A stretch of DNA of 64,000 nt from an uncultured delta proteobacterium (GTDB lineage Bacteria > Myxococcota_A > Polyangia > Fen-1088): contig CAVTRY010000018.1 of the NCBI GenBank assembly GCA_963737265.1, forward strand, positions 192,001 through 256,000, in the 5' to 3' direction. The notes beneath the pieces are model-generated. The model was not told the DNA's origin and made no database searches. It saw nothing but the letters and a program-made list of their open reading frames with translations. The position numbers and the translations under genes were made by a program. Shown in pieces: positions 10,639-22,637 of the stretch. Position 1 is the first letter of the stretch. Each line of letters starts with the position of its first letter.

Positions 10639-11508
10639 ATGGGATACACTTCAGGAGCTGCGATGGAAGATCGAGGCCTGCGTGACATCGAACGTTGGCG
10701 CGACAAGATCGAGGTTCGCCTCGACAATCGTCAGGTCTTTTTTCTGTTTTTCGGTAGTGCGCTCGTGGCGTGCATGCTGTTCGTTCTCGGCGTGATCGTG
10801 GGCAAGCGCCTGGAATCGCGCGGGCGCGCCATCTCGCCGGACATCGAGGATCCCCTGGCCCTGCTCGACAAGGTCGCTACCAGTCCGCGCCCCGCGCCGT
10901 CGGGCGTGACGTTTCCACAGGCTCTATTGGGGACCCCCAGCAAGGCATCGGCCGCGGATAGGCACGTAAAGAAGGAGACGCTGCCTCTTCACCCCGCCGC
11001 CAACGATCGCGCCACGGCAGTGAAGCCAATTGCGTTGGCCGAACCCGTTGCGCTCCCGGCCGAGGTGAGTAGCGGAAAGGGAGCCGCCGCTCGAACGACA
11101 GCGACGGAAGGCAAATCTCCGCCCGTCGCGAAGGCTGAAAACAGATCCGGTGAGACGTCTGCATCAGACAAGGCAGGCGACTCCAAACCAAGCCCCCCAC
11201 AGGCAAGGCTTGCCACGACCAAGGAAGCCAAGCCCGCCTCGATTCCGACTATCGCGGCCGGCGTCGACAGCAAGAACAAGGGCCGCTTTACCCTGCAGCT
11301 AAGCTCGTTCCAGGACAAGACCGAGGCTGAGGCCTTCGCCCAGAAGTTCGACGGCGAACGCCCCTACATGGTCGTCTCGGAAATTCCCGGCAAGGGCACC
11401 TGGTACCGGGTTCGCGTGGGCGACTACCCATCAGCCAAGGATGCCGCAGCGGCCAAGCAATCCTTCGAAAAGAAACACAGCGTGATCGCCTACGTGGCGC
11501 AGAAGTAG
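10639..11508 (+). CDS. SPOR-domain membrane protein (FtsN/DedD-like)
   Basis: N-terminal TM helix, Pro/Ala/Lys linker, SPOR motif FTLQLSSF...GKGTWYRVRVG. SD GAGGAG. Confidence 0.88.
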   Translation: MGYTSGAAMEDRGLRDIERWRDKIEVRLDNRQVFFLFFGSALVACMLFVLGVIVGKRLESRGRAISPDIEDPLALLDKVATSPRPAPSGVTFPQALLGTPSKASAADRHVKKETLPLHPAANDRATAVKPIALAEPVALPAEVSSGKGAAARTTATEGKSPPVAKAENRSGETSASDKAGDSKPSPPQARLATTKEAKPASIPTIAAGVDSKNKGRFTLQLSSFQDKTEAEAFAQKFDGERPYMVVSEIPGKGTWYRVRVGDYPSAKDAAAAKQSFEKKHSVIAYVAQK

Positions 11509-11525
11509 GCGGGGGCTTTGCCTCG

Positions 11526-11945
11526 TTACGAGGTAAGGTGATCCGCCTGCAGCGAGATGACGTCTAGGTCTTTGAGCAGCCCGACCAGCTTGTCGCGTGC
11601 GATGGGCTTGACCAGGTAGCCATCGCAGAGCTCCCGATAGGCTGCCGTCACGTTTTCGATATCGCGCAAGGCTGTCGTCATGACGATTTTGGCGGCTCGG
11701 CTCGGCGGACACGCCGCTGCCTCTTCCTGCGCGCGGATCGCCTTGAGGGCGGCCTGTCCGTCCATCTCCGGCATCATGATGTCCATGCACACGAGTGCAT
11801 AGGTCTCGCCGCTCGCCTGCGCAAGCCGGCAAGCTTCGACCGCCTCTTTCCCGTTGACGGCGACGTCGCACGAACCGAAGGCCTCCAGCATCTTCTTGAG
11901 AAGCAGACGGCTGGTCAGGTCATCTTCCACAATGAGTATTCGCAT
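11526..11945 (-). CDS. Single-domain response regulator (CheY-like)
   Basis: ILIVEDD, CMDIMMPEMDG, MTTA, YLVKPI. Confidence 0.9.
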   Translation of the reverse strand: MRILIVEDDLTSRLLLKKMLEAFGSCDVAVNGKEAVEACRLAQASGETYALVCMDIMMPEMDGQAALKAIRAQEEAAACPPSRAAKIVMTTALRDIENVTAAYRELCDGYLVKPIARDKLVGLLKDLDVISLQADHLTS

Positions 11946-12044
11946 GCCAATTTCTCCGAAGACGCCCAGGCATGGATCTTTCCTTCGGCCCCGGTGCAAG
12001 CTGGATCATCGGCAGAAGTGGGCGGAAATGAAGCTCGGGATGTT

Positions 12045-15000
12045 CTAGAACATGAGTCCAACGTTGAAGTGCACCCTCCAGGTATCGTCACCGGGCTGGC
12101 GATTCAGGGGAACGGCGAACGAGAGGCTGACGTCTCCAACCGGCAGCTTGATGACGACGGGAGAGAAACCCGCGCCGTGGCGAAAGTCCGATGTCGCGAT
12201 ATCGTTCAGCCCATAGCCAACCACGCCGCTGTCCAAGAACACCGAGCCATAGAGCGGCGGCGCGATGGGAAATTGGAGCTCGATGTTTTGCAGGATGCGC
12301 AGGTTGCCGCCGAGCGGGCGATACTGCACGTACGTCAGGCCGGTTGGCCCTTGCACGCGCACGGTCTCGGTCAACGCATAGTCAAGCTGATATCCGCGAA
12401 TCGTGGTGTCTCCACCTGCGGGAAAGCGCTCCACCTTGGGAAGGAGGGCGGCGCCGCCGAGCGGAATCCCCTGATCGTACCGGAAGGTGTAGTGCAAGCT
12501 CAGCCATGGAAGGATGGGGACGACGGAGAAGCCGCGACCAAACACCTTCACGAAGGAGTCCTGTCCCACGTCGAAGAAAAACGCCGGCAATGCCACCTCC
12601 ACGCCAGCAGAGACCTTAAATCCCCGTGACGGGATGAGCGGATGGTCGAGCCGCTGCCAGTCGACGCCCGCGCTCAGGCTGCTAATGAAGGTTCCGATTC
12701 GTACCGTGGTTTCGTCTTGAAACGCAGCGCTCTGCGCGTCCCGAACCAGCATTTCGGTGCGCGACGTGTTGCGCAGGTTGTAGCGAAGGTTGGCGTCGAC
12801 GCCCGGATACATCTCGCGCGAAAATCCGATGGAGCCGGTCCCCGAATGAACATCGCCCAGGCGGACCGTCGCCTGGCGCAGGTAGCCGACATTGGCTTCG
12901 AGCCGAAACAGCGAGCCGAAGAACCGTGGGTTCTGGAAAGTGGCGGTTACGCTGGTCAGCGAAGATCCGGTCGCTCCCACGGCCGTGAGCGTCCAGCCAT
13001 GGCCGAACAGATTGCGGTGCTCGTAGCCGAGCGTTCCATAAAGGCCGAGTGCGGGAAACGAGGCGCCGGGCGGCGCTTGGTCGGTCGATCCTCCTCCGCC
13101 GACTCTGAGCACGCCGTAGTGATCGTGGCGCTCCTCCACTTCGACGAGCATCGGCACGATGGCGTCGCTGGTGCCGGCGTTGGGAAAACTGATCGGGTTC
13201 GGGTTGTTGAACAGTTGGATGAGCGCCAGATTGCGCTGCGCACGCTCGAAACCGTGGACGGTCAAGACGTCGCCGGTGCGGAACTCGGCCCAGGTCAAGA
13301 TGGTGCTGTCGGTGGTGAGAAAATTGCCGCGCAGGAAGATGGGACCTACGCGGACCTGCGGGCCCAGCTTGATTTGCCAGGTGATGTCCATCTGCTCGCC
13401 GTGCCGCGTGCTCTTGGCTTCGACCTGGGCGTAACGGTAGCCCTCGTCGCCAAGGGCACGTTTGATGCGACTTTCGTCGCGCCGGACCAGCGCCGGCTGG
13501 TACGCGCCACCGGCAGTAGTCCGCAAGGAATTGAGAAAGAAGTCGTCGTCGCGGGGAAGTTTTTCGCCAGCCACCACGCACTCGAACTGCATCCCGGCCA
13601 CCCACACGAGTGGGGATTCTTCGATAACAAAGCGGACGTAGAGGCTGTCGGCCGCGCGCCATAACGACTCCTCGTCGCCCTCGATGGTCGCGGTAAGCGG
13701 GCGCCATCGCCCGGGTCGTGGTGCGATCTCCGCGCGCACCTTGGTTTCGGGATAGCCGACGGCCGCGTAGTGATCGGTCAGGCTCTGCAGGTCGAGCTCA
13801 AGCTGGCGCAAGCTCGCATAACCACCCTTGCCGAGGCCGAGAATGCCGAGCGCAGGGTATTCCCGCGTGCGAATGACATCAGCCAACCCATCGGATGAGA
13901 TCGCGCGGTTACCCACGAACGAGATGCCGCGGACCTTGAGCTCCGGTCCCTCGTCGATAACGAATACGATACGATCGGAATCCTCCGAAAGACGCTCGCG
14001 GCGCCACTTCACCTTGACCAACATGTGGCCGCGCTCGTGATAGGCCTGCTCAAGCGCGGCGGCGCTCGCGGTCGCTTCGACGTCATCGTAGGCGCCGTGG
14101 GACAGCAGGGTCAGCGACTCGAGCAAGGCCCCCGAGGATTGCGAGCGATTGCCCTCGAAGGCGACCTCGATGTGCCGCCGTTCGCGGATGTCGATTCCCA
14201 GGCGGATGTTCTTCGCGCTGTGGTCGACGCTGGTGTTGGGGTCGAAATCCTCCTGGATGCGCACGCCGGGAAAGCCGATCTTGCGGTATCTGCTGACCAA
14301 GGCGGCTATGTCCTGGTGAAGGTCTGCACGCCGAAATGGCTTGGGCAGCATCCACCCCCAATGCCAATCCCCATGCCGAAAGCCGTCCTCGATACTTTCG
14401 GTCGGGACGGCGGTAGCTCCCGTCACCTTGAGGGGACCGAGCGGGTACGCCGGTCCCAGCTCGAACGCGAATCACCAGATTGATCTCGGCGGGGACTTTG
14501 CCGTTGTCGTGCAATTCGAGGCGGACCCTCGCTTCCCAGTAGCCTTGCGCACGAAGAAAGTCTCGGACGTGGTCAGCCTCGCTGGCGATGAACGTGTCGC
14601 GTGCCAAACCGGACGGTGGCAGTCTTTGTCCGGGGCGAATACTGAGTTTGCCGATGAGATCCTGCTGGCGAGGGCCGGTAATAAAGGGGAAGGGCTCGTT
14701 GCCCGACACGTAAACCTGCCGCACGCGATCGAAGGCACGAAGGTGAATTCCGAGCCTGACGCCGTCGCCTTCGCGAGCGACAGCAACATCTGCGGAGTAG
14801 CCGATAGACTCAAGAACGCGTTTGAGGCGAGCCACCGTGCCGATAGGTACGCCGACCCGATCAGCGTCGCCCGAGGCAACCAGGGGTGCGCCCCGACCTG
14901 CGACGGTGTCCAGGAGAGCCTCCACGCGGCCGGGCGGATCGATACTGCCCTCGACCACGATTGCGCGGATCGGCGGCGCGGCGGCGCTGTCCTCGCCGCG

Positions 15001-15096
15001 CGCGCGGCTGCTAACCGTCAGGAGCAAGATTCCCGCGGCAAAGGTGGCAAGGATGGATGGCCGGAACACCCAGACTTTCAGTCGGTTTCGGATCAT
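12045..15096 (-). CDS. Omp85 family (BamA/TamA-like) protein; +1 frameshift at about 14464, probably a read error
   Basis: POTRA repeats, GGDTTIRGY barrel motif, C-terminal FNVGLMF. Deleting one base at 14464 joins the two ORFs (VIRVELGPAYPLGP). ATG 15096 overlaps the TamB stop. Confidence 0.85.
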
Positions 15097-18000
15097 GGGA
15101 ACGGGTTGCGCAGTGGGTATTCGACGGTCAGTTCTAGGCGAAGACTGTTGGTCTGGATGGGGATTCCCTGCTGTAGAGAGTAGGTCAGACGATCGCCAAT
15201 CACTCGACCGGTCAGGTAGTCGCAGACCCAAGCCAGCAGCAGCGCGCGGTAGCGTTCCTGGTTCTGAAAGCCGCGCCGATAGGACAATTCGAGATCAAAC
15301 TCGCGCGTGACGCGCGCGATTGCTGTGACCTCGACCCCGTCGGCGCCCACGGTTGGCCGGAGATCCAACTTTCGTCCGGTGAGAACCTGTAGCGTATCGT
15401 CGATAAAGGGTTCGACTAAGCTCGAACACGGCATCGCGTGAAACCTGGCCGAGCATGTCGAGCCCGCTCTGCCGATTCATGCCAAAAATCTGCCCGTTGT
15501 TGCCGCTGAGGTCGTCCGTCGTCCGTCCGGCCAGTAGGAGCAACATGGTCTGGTTGCGATCCATCCCGTCGGTGGTTGACAGGTCGATGGTCGCCTGGTT
15601 GATAGGACCGCTGATGCGCATCTGGACGATGTGTTCATTGCCCGAGCCATCGACAACGGTGTTCTGGGCTTCCAAGTTCAATTCGGGCGTATCGCCCGTG
15701 GCGATCGACTTGGTGGAGACGAAGGTTATGTGGTTGACGTTGGGAGAAAGCTCGAAATTGCCCTGCAGGCCGATGATGTGAAAGCGGCCGTCGGTGGGAC
15801 GAATCTCGCCCGACAGGGTGGGTTGGGCGAGCGTTCCGCCGACACCGAGATCGACGACGACGTAGATTTCCGGTGCCAGATTGTTGTGGATGACGAAACC
15901 GTCGCCTTCGGTGCGAACGCGAAGATTGAGGGCGAGATTTTCGAGCAGCGGCTCGCCTCGCCAGAACGGCCGCGAGGCCGATTCGTTGATGCGCGCCGAG
16001 AGCACCAGATTGCGCACGTCGAAATCCTGTAGGTAGCGACCGGAGATGAGACGAACCTCCCCAGCCAGGGAAAGCCCGTCGCTGGGATTGCCCGTGAGCT
16101 CCATCACCAGCGAGAGATCGTCCACCTCGACGCCTGCATCGCGGTAGCCTAAGCGGTTTCCTTGCAGGGGCAGGTCGACGGAATCCCACTTGAATTCGGG
16201 ACGCAAGCTTCGTATGCGCACCCGGCCTGGGCGCACGCCCGCCGCACCGATTAACAGCTCGCCCTCGTCGTTTAGGTGGACCCTCACGTCGCGTAGGAGT
16301 AGCTCATGCTGGGACAGCTCGACGATGCCGCTTTTGATCGCGACCTGGCCGCTGATTCCACGCAGGCGCATCTGAATTTCGCCCAGGTTGATACGGGCCG
16401 CGACGATCGGATCGTCGAGGGTCCCCGCTACGCTGGCCGAAATCGCCGCCTTGCCGCTCACGTCTGAGACCGCGCTCGGCGCGATGGATTCAAGCAGGCT
16501 CGCACTGACATCTCCGTCGGCCTTGAGGGCGACGATGGTGGGAACAAAACCCGGACCGAGGGTCACCTTGCCTCCGAGCTTCAGCGTGGCATCCGCGATA
16601 GTCACCGCCAGGTCGCTTAGCTCCACCGCCGAAGACGTCAGGCGCAGCGTGCCAGAGGGAATCGAGACCGCGTGATCGAAGGCGCGCGCTTCCACCCGCA
16701 CCGGACGAAGGATGCCGATCTGCCCCGTCAGGTCGGGTTGCTTAACCGAACCGTCGACATGCACCTCCAAACCGATTCCGCCGCGTAGGGATTTGAACTG
16801 ACCGGCGAGAAATGGTTGCAGGAGCTCCAGATCCAGCCGGCCGCCGATGTCGGCCTTCACCGCCCGGTCTATCACGTCGCCTTTCGCATTCTTGAGCGGG
16901 CTTACCCGGGCGGACAGGGTGAATTCTCCTCCCTCTGCGACCAGGCGAACCGGATCCAGCACGACCTTTTCCGTGTCCGTAACAACGTGAAGGGTGTTGG
17001 CATTCTTCAACCAAACCTTTTCGTTTCCGGTGCTGCCATCGTCGTGCTCGACCGCGCGTGTGATCGACGCATCCAATTCAGAAAGCTCGACCTCGATGAC
17101 GGGTAGGCGCCCCGGCTGAAGGTCGAGACCCACCCGGCCCGAGAGCGCGGCTCTGATCCCTTGCTTGCTAAGCTCGGGGACGAGCTCCTCGACGAGAACG
17201 TGGGTGAATGAAAGCTGGGCCTTGGCACGGACGCCAGTCGCGCCGTAGCCCGCGGTTGCGTCGAGCTTGAGCCGGTCGAACAACATCCCGTCGACAGCCA
17301 CGCCACCGTCGTCGGTTGGCTTTAGCGCGAGCGTCGCGCTGCCCAGGCGCACGCCGAATGCGTTCACCTTGGACAGAACGATGTTCCCTTCGACCTTGGG
17401 CGCGCGGAGAGCGCCTGTCACGTGCAGGTCGACGGACAGACTTCCCGTGACCGGCGTATCCAACTTTGCGGCGGCCAAGATGGCGGCAACGGGTAGATCG
17501 AGAATTTTGATGTGCCAGTCCAGCGGCAGCGTGTTTTTTGCAAGACCGATGCGCCCCTCAATCTGAATTTCGCCGCCGCCGTTGCCGGCTAGATGGCAGA
17601 GGCGGACCACGAGCCCATCCTTGTCAGCCTCGACATCGATGCCTTCAAGCAGCCACTCCTGGCCAAGAACCGCGACCTTGGTGCCAGCGGGCACCCGAAA
17701 ATGCACCTTCGGCTTCTTGACCGTACCGGTGGCCTCGAGCGTGAACGAAACTTGTCCGGTGGCAATACCCGACGCAATCAGGTCGTGCAGGGAAAGCTGT
17801 TTGCCATCGAGATGGAAATCGAGCACGGGTGACGAGAGCAATCGCGCCATGTGCTTTTCAAAGAGCTGGGCTGTTCCGCCGCCATCGAGCGCGCCACCGG
17901 CGATTCCGGCGTGCAGAGAATCGACAGTCAGGGTTCCGTCGCGCAGGTGAAAGTCCGTTTGCAGCTTGCCGATGCCGGGAATCCCCGTGGTGCCACCACC

Positions 18001-19644
18001 GATGCCGTTCACTTCGATGCGACCGTTGGCACTCGGCTGCTCCAGGCTGCCGGCAACGTCGATCGAGACAGCCGCGCTCTTCGCCAGCGGGCCGACCTTC
18101 ATGGTCGATAGCAGCAGGGGGAGGTCCGACGTGCTTACGCGCAAACCAAGGTCGACCAGGTGCTTGGCCAGCGCAACCTTTCCGCGAACATCGGCGGCGG
18201 CGCCGGGAACGGCGATGCGCAGGTCGGAGGTGCTGATGGCTTCCTGCGATGCCTGCGCTTGACCGGTGATCTGCACGGAGCGCGGAATACCGTCGCCGCC
18301 AGAGGATCGGTCGAAGCGAAGGTCGAGGCCGCTCAGACGAGCCGATTTTTTGGCGCCGATATTGGCGACGACGGTCATGTGTCCGTGCAGCTTTCCGGCC
18401 GCAAGTTTCTTGAGGGATTTGGGCAAATAGGCGTCGCTGGCGAAGTGGTCGAAGTCGAGCTTGGCCTTGATGTCGTCACCGGCCATGGTCATCTCGGTCG
18501 AAAACTTGCCGCCCGACGGCGACAGGAACGACAACTCGTCGAGGGTCACGGTCATGGTGGGATCGGTGGCGGCGAAGACGATGCCCGCCCGCACCGCCAA
18601 CTGGCGCGCTTCATAGCTTTCATAGGCAGCATCCAGGTGACTGATGGCTGCCTTGATTTTCAGCGTGTCGTAGGGATCCCACAGATCGCCGACCACCTTG
18701 GCGTCGTCACCCGACAGGCGCAAACCGGCGATGTTGTGTGGCTTGGCAACCGCGGTGAGGGCGTCCGCCGCATGCTCGAACTCGGCGTGAATCTTGATTC
18801 CGGACACCGAGCTCGCCCCGTAAATTCCGGTGAAGAATCCCTTGCCGCGCAGGTTCGTCCGTCCGGTCTTGGCCGCCGGCAGGTCGAGAAAGATGTCGTC
18901 GGGCCATTCCCGCGTGGTGGCCACCCGGTCGACGAGCACGCTGTCGAAGGGCAAAACCTCGGTCAATATCTTGAGGTAGCCGCCCTGGCGCGCCTCAAGC
19001 TTGGTGACGTCCCAGCCCACAAAGCCTTCGCCATCGACGAGCACGGAAGCAGGGGAGTGGATGTCGCGCAAATCTAGCCCCCACGCGCCTGGAAAATCGA
19101 AGATGGCGCGGAATCCGCTGAGCTCGGCGTTGACGATTTGAAAGACGAAGCCTTTCGCTTTCTTGGCACCTGGCGGTGGCGGCGGCGGAGGTGGTGTCGG
19201 GTTCTTGGGATCGAATGCCGAAAGAAAGCCGATTCCGGGGTGCTTGTTCATCTTCGCGAAACGCCACAGCGAATTGGGGCCAACCCTAAGGTCGGAAAGG
19301 ACAATCCCGCCGCCGGTGATGAGCGCTCCGAGTCGCACGCTGACCTCCAGGTGCGGAACATCGAGCACCGTCGTGCCCTCCGGATCCGTGATGGTCAAAC
19401 CGTCGACGACCATCGGAGTGGCCCGGTCAGCCACCAGGTCGAAGAGCAGGCGAGCCTTCCAGTAAATCGCTCCGAAGTGCATCTTTCCGCTTTGCTCGGG
19501 CAGAACGCCGTTGACGATCTTGGCCAGACGTTCGCCCTGGACCAGCAGGACCGCGCCCAGCACCACAACCCCCACAAGGGCCACCAGGCTGGCCAGAGCG
19601 TACGCAATGACCTTGGCTATTTTTCGTCGAAACGGCGACGTCAC
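15093..19644 (-). CDS. Translocation/assembly module TamB-like protein; +1 frameshift at about 15425
   Basis: N-terminal TM anchor, long beta-taco-like repeats, DUF490-like C-terminus. Deleting one base gives DAVSSLVEPFIDD and joins ORF 15093..15434. Confidence 0.8.
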
Positions 19645-19752
19645 TCTGCCGCGAGAGTACCCCGGCGCCGCGCGACTCGCCAAGCAGCATGAGCCTGGCA
19701 GTGCGGTTCTCGTGGGGCGCAACTTCTGCTCGTCGCTGGCCGACAACGTGGT

Positions 19753-20457
19753 GTGGTCTTCAACCGAATCCTTCCCATCCTGTGGCCGGCACGTTGCGGA
19801 TCTTGCGAGGTCTTCCTTCCCGAAGGCGCGGCCTTCTGCCAGCGATGCGATCTCTCGGTGATTCCTCTCGGACAGTGCTGCCTGGGTTGCGCCATGCCGG
19901 TGGACACGAGCGAATGCTGTCCGGGCTGCCTTCGCCGGCCCTTTCCCTTTGCCCGAGCCTTTGCGGCCTTGGCGTACGGAGGTTCGCTGACGCAAGCCCT
20001 TTTGCGCTTCAAGCATGGAGGGCACCGGCATCTGGCGCGACCGCTCGGCAGGTACCTAGTTCCAGTTCTGAGCGCGGTGGCGGCGGAGGGCATGGCAGTC
20101 GCATGTCCCGTTCCCCTGCACCCGCATCGTTTGCGACGGCGCGGATTCAATCAGGCGCTTGAGCTGTTGCGGGCTGGATCAGGTGGCTTGCCGCGAAACA
20201 AGCGCCCAGCCATGGTTTGCGACGCGATGTCACGGATCATCGACACGCCCACGCTCGGGCACGAAAAACCCGCGCTGCGCCGCAAACTGGTCGAGGGTGC
20301 GTTTGTCGTTTCCCGGCCCAAGGCAGTGGCTGGCAAGCGCATTTTGGTCGTGGATGATGTCATGACGACCGGGGCGACCTTGGCGGAGTGCGCCCGCACT
20401 CTCCTGGCGGCAGGCGCCAACGAAGTGTGGGTCGCCGCTCTGGCGCGTGCGCTTTGA
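19753..20457 (+). CDS. comF: ComF family phosphoribosyltransferase
   Basis: Double zinc ribbon, PVPLH...RRRGFNQA, ILVVDDVMTTGATL. Confidence 0.9.
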   Translation: MVFNRILPILWPARCGSCEVFLPEGAAFCQRCDLSVIPLGQCCLGCAMPVDTSECCPGCLRRPFPFARAFAALAYGGSLTQALLRFKHGGHRHLARPLGRYLVPVLSAVAAEGMAVACPVPLHPHRLRRRGFNQALELLRAGSGGLPRNKRPAMVCDAMSRIIDTPTLGHEKPALRRKLVEGAFVVSRPKAVAGKRILVVDDVMTTGATLAECARTLLAAGANEVWVAALARAL

Positions 20458-20522
20458 CGATTCCTTCCTTGACACTGGATTTTGGATCGCTAAGGTAGCC
20501 GCCCTGGACCGGACGAACGCAC

Positions 20523-20597
<75 letters not shown>

Positions 20598-20606
20598 GGA
20601 CTCGAA

Positions 20607-20631
20607 GAAAGAACCCTGGGAGGGTCCTTTC
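20607..20631 (+). terminator. Hairpin downstream of tRNA-Val (terminator or processing signal)
   Basis: GAAAGAACCCT-GGG-AGGGTCCTTTC imperfect inverted repeat. Confidence 0.4.
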
Positions 20632-20814
20632 AATCTTCCGCGTGGAGTGCCGCCCGGCAAAGCCCGCCGTTTGGGAAATCCGAGCAATCCGGACTCCGGG
20701 ATGCTATCGTGCGCAGTCGTTGACCGAACCATCGCTCTTCCTCTTGCAGTTTGCGCCCAGTGCCGCGGGGCGGAGTGCTGTTACTCGCTGTTCGCGGTCG
20801 GGAGAAACTGAATC

Positions 20815-22608
20815 GTGAGTGAGCGCCCGGTCCTTCGTCCCCGCGACAAAGGGGATGTTCCAGACGATCCCTTGTCGAAGTTGCGCCACTCGGCGTCGCA
20901 CGTGATGGCCGATGCGGTCCGTCGCCTCCGACCTAGCGCAAAAGTCACCATCGGTCCGGCGATCGAGAGTGGCTTCTACTACGACTTCGACACCGAACCA
21001 TTCGAGCCGGGAGACATCGAGCGCATCGAGGTCGAGATGGCCAAGATCGTCGCCCAGGATCTGCCCTTCGTTCGCAAGGTCGTCTCGCGCGAGGACGCGC
21101 TGAAGCTATTCGGCGATCTAGGCGAGAGCTACAAGGTTGAAATCATCCAATCCATTCCCGAGGGCGAGGAGATTTCGCTCTACCAGCACGGCGAGTTCGT
21201 GGATCTGTGCGCAGGTCCCCACGTCGAGAGCACGGGCCAGATCAAGGCGTTCAAGGTTCTTTCCTTCGCCGGTGCTTACTGGCGCGGCGACGAAAAGAAC
21301 CAGCAGCTTCAGCGTGTCTACGGAACGGCCTTCGGTTCCAAAGACGATCTGAAAGCCCACCTCGAACGCTTGGAAGAAGCCAAGCGCCGCGACCACCGCG
21401 TGCTTGGCAAGCAACTCGATCTGTTTTCCGTCGACGAATTGGTCGGCCCGGGCTTCGTGCTGTGGCACCCCAAGGGCGCAATCCTGCGTTCCGTGCTGGA
21501 GGACATGATTCGCAAGGAAGTCGTGAAGCGCGGCTATCAGGCCGTGTACACCCCGCACGTTGCACGCGAGCAGCTGCTGGAAAAGTCGGGGCACCTTGCC
21601 CACTACAAGGACAATCTCTTCGGCGGCATGGAGCTTGAGGGGCAACGCTACCTCGTCAAGCCGATGAACTGTCCATTCCACGTGGCTATCTACCGCTCGC
21701 AGCTACGTTCCTACCGCGAGCTGCCGATTCGCTACTCCGAGCTGGGCACGGTTTATCGCTACGAGCGTTCGGGCGTGCTGCACGGCCTTTTGCGTGTGCG
21801 CGGTTTTACCCAGGACGACGCACATTTGTTCATCACCGAGGACCAGATCGAGGCCGAGCTGGCTGCCTGCGTCCGCTTCGGCATGGATGTCCTGCGTCTG
21901 TTCGGATTCGAGGATGTGAAGTTTTTCATGTCCACGCGACCCAAAGACTTCATGGGTGAGATCGATGCGTGGGATCGGGCCGAGGCCGCGATCCGCCGCG
22001 CGCTCGAATCCAACGGCCAGCCATTCGAGATTGACGAAGGGGGCGGCGCGTTCTACGGCCCCAAGATCGATCTGAAGATTCGCGATGCCATCGGCCGTGA
22101 GTGGCAGTGCACGACCTTCCAGCTCGACTATCAGATGCCCGAGCGATTCAGCTTAGAATACGTGGCTTCTGACGGTTCCCGCAAGCGCCCGATCATGATC
22201 CACCGGGCCTTGCTGGGCTCTATCGAACGGTTCATTGCCGTGCTGATCGAGCACTTCGCGGGCGCCTTTCCGATGTGGCTGGCACCGGTGCAGGCGCGCG
22301 TGATCACGGTCAGCGAAAAGGCCGAAGCATACGGGCGCGAGGTCGAGGCCGCGCTCCTCGCAACCGGACTGCGTGTCGACGCCGATCTGAGCGCCGACAA
22401 GCTCAACGCCAAGATTCGCCGCGCCCAACTCGAAAAAATTCCCTACATGCTGGTGGTGGGCGAGCGGGACATGGCCGCGCGTGTGGTTTCGCCACGAACC
22501 CGCGATGGCAAGCAGCTGTCAGCGACCCCACTCGATGAATTGGCGAAAATGTTGGTTGCCGAGGCGGTCGTTCCGCCCCTCGGCGACGCGAGTTCCAAGC
22601 AGGCGTAG
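20815..22608 (+). CDS. thrS: Threonine--tRNA ligase (no TGS domain)
   Basis: RHSASHVMA, DLCAGPHV, KPMNCPFH, RVRGFTQDDAH, AFYGPKID, HRALLGSIERF. Confidence 0.97.
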   Translation: MSERPVLRPRDKGDVPDDPLSKLRHSASHVMADAVRRLRPSAKVTIGPAIESGFYYDFDTEPFEPGDIERIEVEMAKIVAQDLPFVRKVVSREDALKLFGDLGESYKVEIIQSIPEGEEISLYQHGEFVDLCAGPHVESTGQIKAFKVLSFAGAYWRGDEKNQQLQRVYGTAFGSKDDLKAHLERLEEAKRRDHRVLGKQLDLFSVDELVGPGFVLWHPKGAILRSVLEDMIRKEVVKRGYQAVYTPHVAREQLLEKSGHLAHYKDNLFGGMELEGQRYLVKPMNCPFHVAIYRSQLRSYRELPIRYSELGTVYRYERSGVLHGLLRVRGFTQDDAHLFITEDQIEAELAACVRFGMDVLRLFGFEDVKFFMSTRPKDFMGEIDAWDRAEAAIRRALESNGQPFEIDEGGGAFYGPKIDLKIRDAIGREWQCTTFQLDYQMPERFSLEYVASDGSRKRPIMIHRALLGSIERFIAVLIEHFAGAFPMWLAPVQARVITVSEKAEAYGREVEAALLATGLRVDADLSADKLNAKIRRAQLEKIPYMLVVGERDMAARVVSPRTRDGKQLSATPLDELAKMLVAEAVVPPLGDASSKQA

Positions 22609-22637
22609 AACGCGGCAATCGAGCAGGAGGAAAGAGC

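Noticed and set aside
12045-19644. True pseudogenisation of Omp85 and TamB (also ABC-F, ADH, rbfA)
   Set aside because: Single-base insertions in a shared motif with otherwise intact frames point to sequencing error.
20598-20814. Riboswitch, T-box or thrS operator in the 217-bp leader
   Set aside because: GGCAAA and hairpin-like segments are present, but I could not match c-di-GMP, T-box or anticodon-mimic consensus; needs an Rfam/Infernal scan.
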